From positions 1,922,001-1,986,000 of the forward strand of contig JAYWIR010000008.1 in assembly GCA_036172245.1 (NCBI GenBank): a DNA stretch of 64,000 nucleotides, written 5' to 3'. The translations under genes were made by a program, and so were the position numbers. Shown here piece by piece: positions 1-12,600 of the stretch (position 1 is the stretch's first letter; each line of letters begins with the position of its first letter). The DNA is from Raillietiella orientalis (lineage: Eukaryota). The notes under the pieces were generated by a model. The model made no database searches, was not told the origin of the DNA, and saw nothing but the letters and a program-made list of their open reading frames with translations.

Positions 1-1
1 A

Positions 2-295
2 TCTTTCAAGCTTCTCGAGACCCCCAGCCCTCCCACCACGCAGCCTCCTGGGAACGATGAGGCTTTCATCTCGGCGGTCAGAGAAGAGTTCCCGCTGCAG
101 AAGGAAACGTCCTCTTCCCATGCGACGTCAGTGCCGAACCTCGAGAAGGAACTGCACACTGTGGTCCCTTCAACAGCAGCAGTGGGTTGCAAAGCAGACT
201 GCTATAAGGCAGTAAGGATGCAGAAAACCGAAACTGAGAATCGTCTTGTAGACGAAGATGCCATCAGGAAGGCGGCGATTAAGGACACGGCATGA
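2..295 (+). CDS. Open frame running in from the window edge (97 aa); possible terminal exon of unknown product
   Basis: Stop-free frame SFKLLETPSPPTTQPPGNDEAFISAVREEFPLQKE...DEDAIRKAAIKDTA* with coding-like codon use; no recognisable domain. Confidence 0.25.
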   Translation, partial: SFKLLETPSPPTTQPPGNDEAFISAVREEFPLQKETSSSHATSVPNLEKELHTVVPSTAAVGCKADCYKAVRMQKTETENRLVDEDAIRKAAIKDTA

Positions 296-749
296 GCGTC
301 TTTGTTTTTTCATGCTTAGCGTGTTCACACATCGAGATGGTGTCGGAGTGAACACTAAAGTTCCTCTAGCCTGGCTCCAGTCTTTTTAAAAAAAAAATTA
401 AAAGCACTGGGCACCGTTTTCTGATCTTCGATCAGCCACCCCTACCCGCTGTACCCTATTTTATTTATACACTTGTTTGTTACTAAGTGAAGAATCCTCG
501 CACTGTTTCATGGAGCCGTCCATCTGCGAGAGACGTACGGAACGCATCGTGGAACGCATCTCTTAGCTCCCAGGCAATCCCGTCAGGATCTCCACGGAGC
601 CAGCTGCTGGTGTGCGCATCAGTAGCGACGACTGCCGGACCAGCGATTCCACTCGCTACGAGGAGCCCACGGCTGCAGCTAGCTACTCTTCCTGTCTGCG
701 TCTTCACCTCCTGCGGCTCCGCCGCCAGCCATCTCGGCTTCCGGGTCCC

Positions 750-860
750 CGACAGGTGATCTTCCTTGTGGCCCCTGTACTTGCAGTGCCTCCTGGTCAT
801 CTAGCGCCTAGGCAACTGCCCTGAGCAGTCCGGGGAGCGCCGCAGGATGGATCACTATGC
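750..860 (-). mobile_element. Degenerate gag-like zinc-knuckle fragment (LTR retrotransposon remnant)
   Basis: Minus-strand translation CGAPRTAQGSCLGAR / RHCKYRGHKEDH resembles a decayed CX2CX4HX4C knuckle; frameshifted. Confidence 0.25.
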
Positions 861-3800
861 CGTGGGCTGCCTTATGACCAGACCTGCTTGGGCTCCGCCG
901 TTAGCGACAAACCTACCGTCGGTCCTTCTCTTCTCTTGCCGTTGCGGCGGCCGGCTCCTTCTTGGGCCAGCAGGAAAAACGAGGTGGTTTCTGGTTCATC
1001 TAGCTTAGGGCAGATCCGTGCCGCAGACGACGACCTGGTGACCACCGCAGCCACCTGAGCCGCCACCAGTCTCTTTGTACCTGACCTCTGTCTCCTCCTC
1101 CCCCGATGCGACTAGGGCAACGCAACACCGCTTCAAGGAAAGAACTAAGAAAAGAAAACCACCGCGTATTAGCAGCCCACTGTAGTAGAGGCTGCCATTT
1201 TTCCTTTCACAAAAAAAAAAAAAACTGAAAGATAAAGTGCAGTTTAAATACGGAGGAGGCCATCTGACAAAACGAGGTAGCCTTCAGACTGTTCCGTGCT
1301 TCAGCGGCTGCGATTTGAATAGCAGTGTTGTAAAATCAGCTCTCTTTACCTATTCCTGGCTGGGATCGGGAGAAGACATCGCATCCTCACGTCATCTTTG
1401 CTTTTGCTCTGTGCTTTAGACCGATCACTTTGCAAGTACTTTGCAGTGCCTCGGAAAAAGAAAAAAAAAAAACTCCATTTATCTGGACGTTTGTACAACG
1501 GAAGCAGACATCACGAAGACTGGTTGCGTACTTGCGTTATTAATCTTGTTTTTTTTTTTCTCTCAGTATAATTACGTGTGCTTCTCAGACACGTAATTAG
1601 TGACTGTCATCCGTAGCTCCGCGGATTCCCTGATGTATGTGATGTATGAAAGCATCTATTTGAGCACGAAATGCAATCTTTCTCGAGACCACTGGGAATG
1701 TGTCATCTCTTTCCTGTGGGAATATTTGCCAGGCCGGATAAGCTTCGCCTTCCTTCAGCTTTACGTGGATCGTACGAAATGTTTTAAGAACACTAATGAG
1801 GGGATTCGTCAACTGGAGCGATAATTGGAGCGCACTTCCTGATCCAGAGATGAGAACCCCACAGCATCTGGTAACCAGTTGCTCATCCAGCCTCCGCTAT
1901 TTGGACTTGAATATGCCACAAGGGTCTGCAAGCATTCTGGGGTTTGCGGACGAATTTTCCTTTGAGAAGGGCGCTTCTGAGACCGGCAGTTCCTTGCGGG
2001 CGGCAACCACGCGACAGAATGTGGAGAGCTGAAGCCACCCTTGGCTTCACAGCATCCTAAAGAGCGAATCCCTTCAGAAAGTCCCCATGTGCCTATGCGA
2101 AAGAGTCGGCTCAGATGGAATGTCTGCAATGCAGATGCAATCATTGCAAAGAGGCCAAACAAGAATGCGTAACCTCCGAAGAGGGGGGAAAAAAGGTTCC
2201 GAAATTCAACTGGGAAGGCACAGGGAACGCTAAGAATCCTGGTTCCCGCTTCCCACGCTTTGCTTTTCCCGTGAGATTACTCCCAATTGAGATTCGTGAT
2301 GGAATTTAGGAGGCCAGTTAATGCCGGCATGGATCTCCAAAGAGCACGAAATTGAATTTTGAGCACCCGAGCGTCTCCGTGAGAATGCACTCTCCTCACG
2401 GAATGAAGAGACTTATTTTCCAGGTTAGGCGATTCACCTGTGAAGCTCTTAAAGTGACATCGCCCCGTGAGTTATTCGCTCTGACTGGAGAGAATGGATC
2501 CTTTAATGAGGTAGGAGATCGGGAGGAAATCTCCCCAGATGCTGGAGAGTCAATATTGAAGGCATGCACCGAAGAACGAAAGAAAAAAAAAAAAGGGGGG
2601 GGTTAATTTGGTCCGTTCTTGTAGGTGTAATTAAATAACAGCCGCATGCATTCATCTTCCGGACCAGTCGAACAGTTCATTCAAAAGACCAAGAGAGACC
2701 AAAAGAGAGCCTTCTGCTGCCATTGTAGCGAAACGGGTAGAAGAATTGGGATCTTTATGGTGCTGGAAACTTGCTCTTGCTCGGTAGCTATGGAGAAAAA
2801 TTTCCACTATTAGGATCCAACACTGGTGCCAATTGCGCATTTCACCTTAAAGAAAGATCGCACGAACAGAAATCCCATTGAAGCGCCTGAAATCCGAGAG
2901 AGAGCTGCCGATGTCGGCTGTAGCTGTGTCCCTTGCGGCAACTAAGTTTCTTAAGCCGCATGCTGGGCGAGTTCTTTTGCCACATCGAATTCCGGGTGCT
3001 TCGAGATCATCTTCTGCACGCAAATGATTTCCGTGACTAAGCGAAAATGCTTTTTATTCGGTGCTGAATGGTGACTTTGAGGGGTCAGCGTGGTGCTTCA
3101 CATTTTTAATTTTATTTCTGGGCAGTAGCGGATGTATGGAATCAGTCAGTTGGCATGTCTTGTGCAGCATAGCTTGATGCTGTAGGGCCAGAATGGTCTT
3201 CACTTTGATCCCCGCTTTCTAATTTCATCTCACGTATGTCGGTACCTGCAGCTGGCTCTGACTGGGTAAAGGGTTAGCTCGAACAAAATGTGAATTTTTC
3301 AGTGTACAGGGGATATTTTTCATTTTGTTCCCACCTTCGAGAAACCAGGCATTTTTACCATCTTCGGAACACCCGAGAAGACATTCGAGGCATCACATTC
3401 TTGCAGAGAGTGGAAAATTCCAGGTCACTTGAGCAGCAAAGATCCCGCCATCGCCACGGACAAGGAACAGCTCTCATGATTGGCTATTGAACCCCATCAT
3501 CAGCCATCTCATCTCCTTTTGGCCCTCAGGAACTCCTTGTCCGTTGCGCCGAGTTTCCTCCCCGTGTTTGCCAAGGTATGGTGTGCTGGAGCGGGCACGT
3601 GTCTTAGACGTGGCTCTGCCTGTAGTTCTCTGTACCTAATGACACCGGGACGCTCATTCCGTGAACAAACGTACGAACCACAAGCTTAGATACAGAGGGA
3701 TGGAGGAACAAGGAAGTGGAGTGAACGAGTGCAGCCGCCATGCCCTCCAGGGCGCAGATCCCGAAGGTTGGGAAAAGGGATTGTGTAAATATTCGATTGA

Positions 3801-6199
3801 ACTGGAGGGGGAGGTGATGGGTGGGAGGGTCTGAATAGGTGCGGCCCCCAGGCGATGGAGGATGCTCGCGCCGCCGTTCCTTAGTCAGTGAGCATTTTCC
3901 CGCAAGAGGAGCAGGAAGATGCTCCAGGCTGACTGCCTGAGATGCTGGAGTTCCAGATGTGCACGTGAAAGGTTTGCCACCCCGCCGAGGAAGCAGAGAA
4001 TCGCCGTCCCTGCCACGGTAGGAAGCCCATCTCTCTGGAAAAATCGGCAAAGAATACCCTTCGGATCGTGGTTGGGAAGACAGACGGCATACGCCACTTG
4101 CTCTGGCAATCCAAGTGCAAGAAGAGGGCGTTATTGCCTGTGGTGCTTGCTTCCCACCGTTCCATTTCACCGCTTCCTGAAGAGCTCGGCTGCGCTTCTC
4201 ATCGTCATGCAAGGGGGCAGCTTCCAGCACGCGAATTCTCTTCGACATGCATATCCCCGGGAGTTTCCTCGTTGACAGTAGCGCAGACGATGAGCCATTT
4301 CTGAACATCCCACGTCAGATTCCGGTGCGCCTGCCGATGCCATCAGGTCCTCTCTGTCTGTTCTATCACGTGCAAGCATTCCGGTTTGAAGTGCTCAGCT
4401 CACCTTGGTATCTGCAACTCGCGGCATTCACTATCTTGGATTCTGTTGCCAAGATAGTGACTCGCTTGCTTAGCCGTAACTGACCCGAAATGACGTGGCA
4501 ATTATGGATGGCTTCCGTCTTTTTCACTGCCCCAAATAAACCGCTTGAAAGTTTCGTCATCAAGCTAATGTGGGACTCCTGGATGTCTCCCCACAATTAT
4601 AACATTATGGAAAAATGTTTCCGTCTCTTCGGATGCATTTTTGCATTCTTCCTCGAGGAATGCTGGAGTGAGATTATTTTTTAACACGCGATGCGTGGAA
4701 TAACCTGTCTTGCCCAAAGGCGCATCTATTGCATACCGGACTGAGCTCAGCGTTGGAATAAAGGCGTCATAGCCAACGTTTGCTTCCTAACCTGAAGGCA
4801 TCCAGACGGGTTTCTGGAGGAAGAAAAAAGAAAAAAAAAATGTTCCCGAAGTACGTCGTACCTTCGACGTTTTTTTTGTTGATTTTTCCCTCGATGATTC
4901 CTATGTCTATTTACTCCTGTCCCCTTTTCCCTAGGTTTAGAGGTGATCATGGAAATGAAACAATCTCCTGACCAAATCAGCATCAGTGGACCATGCCTGA
5001 TGGCATCCATTTAAATTTGGAGCTCAAAGAAAATGAGGTGCATATATTGTGCCAAGAAACTCCTTGCGCGTCACTCGTATTCTGTCCGGTGCGGAGGCTG
5101 CGGTGCAAGCATGGAAAAGCCTGCGTAGTAAATGGGAACTGGCAGTTCTGACAGGGATTCAGTGCGAGGTCTCAGGACTGAGCAGCACCTCAAAGCGGAT
5201 GACTTGCAAGCGAGATGCCCACTCTTGGAGAACTAATGGAGTGGTGCAAACAGAGCGAATTCCGGTAACGGAAACTAGATGATCCTCCAGTAGCTTCGCT
5301 ACACCATGCAGAAGATTTTGCAGCAGAACGGTCTCGAACCGAAGCAGATCTTTTTCCTTTCGTACAAATTCAACAAGCAGAATCATTCTCCCATCTGAAT
5401 CGATGAGACTCTTCCCCACAGAGAAAAACAACAAAGGTTTCATCACTTTAGGAAGAACTGACGGGATGCCAAAATCGGAAGGGAGATGCTCTTCAGTGTG
5501 TTCTTCAGAAAACTCCGAACCAACTTCAGATAAGGCAAAGTTCTCCAGAAGGAAAGGTGTACAACGGTGTGCATGGGCATCTAGGAGCTGCACACCTAGA
5601 GGTAACTGCCAAAAATAACCATGCTTTGGATGGCGAGACTTTAACTACAAAACTTCTTTGCTGGATGAGCCATTCAAGTCCATCCCCATAAGAGCTTGAA
5701 AATCAAATACTCTACCACGATGTCTCGGAACTAGTGTTTCGCATCCTCCTCCGGGAATGGAACAAGCATCTACATTTGAAGTACACTGCAAGGTGCAGCT
5801 GTTGATTTGCTATGGACTGGAAAGCATTCTTCGGCGAGTTCCTCGTGACTCTTCCCTCTCGAAGTAGCTTCTCTAGAGCATTCTCGCAGTCCACCTACGC
5901 AACCTTCTCCATGATGGTCAAGCCATTACCACGGATGAAACACAAATTGATGTGTTCATGAAAGCCGACCAGATGGGCTCCTCTGGCTTCTTTCACGGCC
6001 AGTGCTGCTGCTTTGAAGATCATGTGAGTCCTAAAATGAAATTCTAGGTCGCCTGCGTACCACTCGCTGGAAAGAAGACTTTTGGATCAACAGCTCCGCA
6101 CTTTTACAGTAAGTACGAATCTACCGCTGAGCCACCTCCCCTGGTTGGTAACCATGGATTTCCTTTGCAGACTCTTGTAGTTGGGCCCTTTTCTGTGCC

Positions 6200-6695
6200 G
6201 CTTTCGTGGCCGACTGCTCGAAAGAATTGCGTCTGCCATCTGTTTGAGGTGCGGGGAGATCGAACCGTCCCCTCACCTTTTATGAAACTGCGGTGCTCCC
6301 CACCAAGTTTGGAGGAGGCCGTGTCCCCTGCACCCCGAGGACACCGCCGAGGGGTTGCTGCTGCGGAGATTCCTCGCGTGTCAGGAAGACTTCCGAGCGT
6401 TGGGCTGCGCCCGTGCCATCGTCACAGCCTGCCACGTGCTTGGGCCTCGGGCGCAGCGAAGGACGTCGCCCAAACGTGAGGACGGCTGCCAGGTGATCTC
6501 CGGCCCCGCCTGGAACAAGAAGACGAGCCGGAGATCGCTGGCTTCCCAAGCTGGTCCTGAGAGAGAAGGAGCTTGTCCCCTCCCCCCCCCCCTACGAACT
6601 TCTTGTTGTTTTGTTTTTGTTTGGGGAGCTGCGCTACCGACTTGTTTGTTTCGTTCTTTGGAACAGGCGCCCCGGAGTGACCGGGTGAAAAACGG
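6200..6695 (+). mobile_element. L1/Tx1-clade LINE 3' end (ORF2 C-terminus plus 3'UTR)
   Basis: CARAIVTACHVLGPRAQRR is homologous to CIRAIITARHVLELRVQRR at ~61690-61740. Both are followed by a C-run, a T/G-rich UTR and the terminal motif ggagt(g/c)ac(c/t)ggg..aaa. Confidence 0.6.
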
Positions 6696-9600
6696 CTTCT
6701 CCGGCGGCCCGCCACTCTCACGCTTTCGCCAAGTGTGCGCCCCGTGCGAGCCACGCCCTTCGTCCCCTGGCTGGAACTGTCAGCTACTCCGGATTCAGAA
6801 TCCCCTGCCGTGATGTAGCACGCGGCGGAGCCTGGGGACAAAGCAAGCCACACGTCCTGCGCTTGCCTTCCCCAGCATGCGGGAGATGCGCGCCTCCTTC
6901 CTTTGCGAGTTTCGCTTTTCCTCTTCCGCAGCACGCGCGAGGGAGGGAGTCGGCTCGGCCTCGACAAAACGGCGGGGAGGACAGCTTTCTTCGGCTGTGT
7001 CCGTGCATGTCGGATTTTTCCTTCCGCTTCCGAGCGGAGGAGGGACACGGCATTCCATCTCTTCCAATGCTTCCTGAGTCATGACCTGGTGAAAAACCGC
7101 ACAGCGCCAATGACAGTGGCAGAAAACATTGACCTTTGTTCACCGAATGCGTGAACATTTATTTGACCGTGTTCTTTGTAGGAAATGGAAGAATGACATG
7201 CATGCTGCAGCTGAAGAAGAGAAGAGAAATAGCAGAGTTGTCCGTCTTCCTGAGAATCGATGCCCTGCGGACGCAGGCCATTTTGCATCTTTTCAGAAGG
7301 TTAGGAATCTGAGATCCCTTTCTTCATCTGAAAATCATATAGCCCGGGTGCACGGCATGAATAAACGATGACTTCATGTCAAGCGAGAAGAGGTGACACG
7401 TCTTTATTTATCCATTTTTTTAGTTTTCTCTTCTGCATAAAATCGCTCGGAAGAGATAGCAGTTTTTTTTTATCCTCGAAGAAATGAATTTGTCTCGGCG
7501 GATTTCATCCCCTTCTTATTCATCTCTACGTTTCCCCTCGCAAGACTCTGGCAGAACTCTGATTCGTCTTCCCAGCTGAGCTCATGGTTTCTACTTGAAG
7601 AGAGATATTTCCCAATTGTCTCATCTCATCCGGTACAAAGTGAAACAAATGCTCTCGAACCTTTTTTTTTTTTTCCTTTCCCTTTGTTCCCTCTTGAGTG
7701 GAAACAGTGCCATGCACCGGTATCTCTGTTCCTCCAGACTGAGGTAACATTTCGATTTTTCATTCTTATCTAGCTGCCCGTACCCTACTGACGCACTCGA
7801 GTATCGGGTGCGACTGAGAAGAAATCCGCTGCTGGATCTCCTATTCCTCAGAAGCGTCTGCCCGTCCGTTGGACAAGTCACCCACCTGCACCACCAGCGT
7901 TTGCGCAGGCTGAGGCTGGTTCGATCCCTCGGCGGTACGTGGGAGATGCTGAAAGCTTCCGCTTCCGCTTTGAGCAAAAGCCGCAGTGCACTCTCGCCGA
8001 CATCTGGAGAGGCGACGATGAGGAGTCGGTCACCTCCTTGCTGAGATGCCCGTCGCAGCGCGGAAAGCGATGGCGTGGAGCGACATGGCATGGAACTGAC
8101 TAGAATCCTCCCGCGCTCGGACTCTTTGAGATTCCCGATTGGATTCCCTGCGGCACCAACAAGAAAGTGGGCATGGAAAGATCCGAAAATCTGACTCCTT
8201 GAAAGACCACACCAGAAGACGTCACATCCCGAATTTCTATAGCTGTTCTGTTTGCATGATGAGTACTTGACCTCTGCACTTGCCCCCTGACGTCGTCCGC
8301 ACCACCTTGGTGGAGGAAGACTCCTCAGAATGCGCCAGTTGTGAGGAACAGAAAGCGTTCCCGCGGCCCGACTTGAAAGGAGGGTCATATCAGACGCGGA
8401 TGGTCCCCTGGCCGAGTTTCACCTACTTTTTTCCGCAGAAGCGAAATTGCTGATGCAGTAGCCGGAATTTCGTAGCCGAGAGACAGCCCTCGTCTTCCCC
8501 AGATCAGTCGCGCTTCTGCTCTTACCGGGGAAGAAGAAAAAGAGGCTACCCCGTCTCCCTAAGCGATCGGCGTCCTAGCACGCTTGGAGAGACGGATGTC
8601 GAGGCTCCCCCCCACCCCAGGGTGAGCAACGCGCGACTAGGGAATCCGGCGACGTCCGCCATCGTTTGCGGAAGGTAAGGATGGATGCGAGCCTGCTATG
8701 CTGCCGTACCTGGTCCGGACGTAGGTGAGAGGAAGCGAGCACCTTCCCCTCGAACGAGCGAGACGAATTTCCGGCTAGCATCTCTCGAGGAGTGCGAACC
8801 GGGAAAGCAGAAGCGGTCGACCATGGGCCTCTTTTGGGGATTCCCAAGCAACTCCGTCTGCCATCCTCCGTTCGCACGTGCACTAGTCTTCATCCCGGAG
8901 AGCCTCGTTCCTCAGAAAAGGGCACTGCTGGAATACCAGGCTGAGCACGTTACATGCCCGTGTCTTCAGAACGTTGCCTACCAACAAGAAGAAGCTGGAA
9001 GTCAGCAGCTCTCTTAGAGGGCACTCACGAGCGATATCGTGAATCAGTTGGTCGTTCTCTAGAAACCGCTGCTACAAGAGCAGCCGCGGATGGACCCCTC
9101 GAGTGCACTTGCATTTGCCGGCGCACTCTAATTACAAGTGACCTCCATGTCTCCGGTTCCCATGGGAGGTTGCGGCCGGAGGAACGTCTGTTTCGGACGC
9201 TCCTTTTGTTTTTTGGAGTTTGCTTTCTATGTTGCTGGGGAAGCAATGATTTTCACAGAAGGAGACTGTGGGAGAGAAAACTCTCTGGTTACTTCTCTGG
9301 AAGCTGCATAGACAGAGCTAGTCGGAGACCCACGAATAGGTTCAGACCTTTCCTTAACGCGCTTTTTGCTTCAGCTGCACGCATCGCAGTAAGAGTTAGA
9401 TCATGATTCTGGAAGAAGACGCATCTATCTTCCATTACCGATGCATATCCATCTTGTCTGAATGCATGAGAAAACTCGGAGCCGCGATGAACTAGAATGA
9501 AAAAAGCTTTATGGAAAAGTTTCTCTTGCTTGCTCTCTTACTCTTCGCTCTTTCACAGAAAGCTGATCACAGCTGGCAGGAATTTTCTCATGTCTTGAAC

Positions 9601-12600
9601 TCCTCGGAACACCAACCGAAGGAGCGCAGCAATTCTCGGCTTTCATCCTCCGCAACCTCATAAAGCTGGCAGGGACCCCCAAAGAGGGAGCACACTGAAT
9701 CGTAGAACCTGACCTTCAAGAGACGCACACGTACCTCATCTTCTGCCGCTGCTCCTGAGGCTCGATTGCTCCTCCTATCTTTGCGAACCTGCTAGACCAT
9801 GTGTAAGCACTGGCACTCCCATTTCGATGTGGTCCAGAGCATCCTGCTGTTTCGTAAAGCAGAAGATATATGTATGTAACTTCCTCTTTCCACTCCCCAG
9901 TAACCCTTTTCCCGTGTTGGCTGTCCGTTCCTTCTGGAGGTTGAAACATGGCACTGAGTCCGCCTTGCCGAACTGCTTGCAGCCCTCGATAAGAGTGCAG
10001 CGGGAGGATCAGGCATTCTTCTCTGCTGCTCTAATAATCCCTGCCGATTACACAACGCACGCTTTCTAGGAAAAGGTCCAGAATCAGAGAAAGAGTTTGA
10101 TCGTTTGTCTTGGATAGCCTGTTTGGAGGGGAAGATCAAGAGAGCATGCCCAACGTCCGAAAGTCTCTTCTACTAGCAGCCTCTCGTCTCTCATGTCTCC
10201 TGGTTCTGTTATTCTCTTGCTCTCAGTAGTAGGATGGCTGCAGAGTAGCCGCCGTTCGGACGGGAAGCGAGCAGCTGGAGGAGCTCTTCAGGTTCTCCGG
10301 AAGAAAGGTGACAGTTGTCCAAGGTCGAGCTGAAGAGATCTTTCAGAAATCCATTTCCCCTCATCCGCACTTCTCCGAAGTTCTGTGCTTTCCAAGCAAA
10401 GAACTCAGGCGATCTGAGAGAGCCTAAAGCATACCTTCCTTACAGAGTGCTCTTTACGTGGAAAGAGAAGGATGCGATGCCACTGTTCATAAAGGAAGTG
10501 GCGTCCCTCGAAATTTGCTTCTGAAATCCCCTGCGGAAGTGATCCTGGAGCTCTACTCCATGAAAACAATAAGGTGGACAGTGTGGACCGGCATCCATAG
10601 CCATTTTCCTGGAGAGCCGCCACCTCTAAGTCTGGGTTCTGGATGCTGGACTCTACATCTCGAGGTACAGATCCCCGGAAGTGGTTTCACCTTTTCGTCA
10701 ACAGAGCAGTTTTCTCCTGTAGAGTGACGTTACTCAGAATACACTTCCAGCCTGCGCCTTTCGTTTTCGCCACCAGAGGTCGCTGCACAGAGCACAGAGT
10801 TTGGATCCATCCATGAAGTCTAATGGAACCCACTCATCAGCGGGACCTTGAGACGGGGTTTGATGGAGGCTGAGGACGGAACTGAAGGGAAGGCATCGAT
10901 CTTCCGAGTGTGTTTTTCATTCCAGAGAGTGAAGATTCGTTCTTCAGCCCCTCCTTCCCTCGAGCTCTCAATCAGTCCCGTATGACATGAGCTAATCACT
11001 TGCCTTCATTAGCGACTTACGGAGGTCTCATCAAATTGGTCCTCCCCCAAATAGCTTGGAAAAGTCAACTGTCTAGAGTGCCGGAGAGACAATACAATAC
11101 CCCCTTCTTGTCGTTGATTTCCAAGTCCTTACTATTCCTTATCCAGGTTAGATATTAAGAAGCGCAGATAAGTCCGGGAAGCCATATCATGAAGGATCGG
11201 TCAGGAAAAGTTCCTGGGACGTAGAAGGAATCTCCTCTCACCCTGAGGGTTTCATGCATCACAAGTGATCTTGACAGCTGCCATGGTAAAAATCATTCCA
11301 AGAGCAGATAAGAATCCACTGGAAAAGAGGAACATCCTGCTGCCGATGCACGAATCCTCGTCTCGGGAGCTGCACATCCCGACGGGTGGAGCACAGTTGC
11401 CTGGGCACCGCACCTGCTGGCATAGCCTGAGAAAACCCAGAGTTGTGAACAGCGCTTTCGACACTCGTTCTGGACTCCCCTACAGGGCTGCACTGCACCT
11501 CGAGAAATGTGTGCGTTGCCAAGGTAGCAGAGTATCTTGGAGCACGCCACCGCCTGCGAACAACCATCGAGCTGCTGCCGCCATTCAACACGAGCTCTTC
11601 GGAAGGGAAAGAGAGGAAAAGAGGGAGGGAATAGGGATTAGAGGATATCGTGTCTCGCAACGACACTCTCGGAGTCAGGTTACCGCTACTCAGCCTCACA
11701 AGCATCCTGGACGGCACAGCGAAAGATGAAAAGTTCCTGCCGTTCTCCCAGCCAGACAATGAAAGGAAGGAAGAATCCATGAAGATGAGTATTCACCGCT
11801 TAGCTCAGGATTCATTCAGGAAATCCAATGCCAAGGTTTTCTGCGAGCAGACGAAGAAAAAAGCACATTCACAAATAGCATGAGATTTATCACAGCTTCT
11901 TTCGTGCAAAAATAGAGTTATTGACCTCCAACACTGGCCATCTTATTGGCTTAAGAGAAGTCATCCTGCGAGTGAGTAAGGGCAAATGGAGCATTCGATA
12001 CGAACCCATGAGCTGCCAAAAGCAATGATCTCTACGGAACCGGTAATGAATTCATTACACAACTCTGAATTCCTGAGGAACCACGAGAAAAGACGCGAAG
12101 GCGATAACCTCCTAGCCTGGACTCCTTTTTGGACTTCCCAGAGGAAGTTCCCCCAGTTCGAAAATCCCAGACCAACCACAAGCCCATGCACCTTACTGAA
12201 CTTTCAGTGCAGAAAAACCCTTTGCATCGCTTCTTTGCTGGAGCACAAATTACCAAAACGAGGCCGGATCTCTTCTTCGGAAAGCTTTGGTGCTTCTGGA
12301 ATTGCCTGCTTGCCTGGTGCCACATCCAAACACGAAATGACTTACCCTTCTCCCCGCTCTCATCTCGAATTAACTCACATTCCTCACTCATCCTCTCGCC
12401 ACCCACACTCATTAGCTCAGTATTCATACACGCCTGAAAAGAAATCACGTGAGCCATAGAATCCACCATACAAAAACAAAGTTGTGGTTGCTTTTCCTTA
12501 CTCATCCGCTTATTAGCGTGCCAAACATTCTTCCCCTCAAATAATAAACAACAGTTCCGGTTCCATCGTCCTCTAGTGCTTCCTGACCTCTTAAACACAC

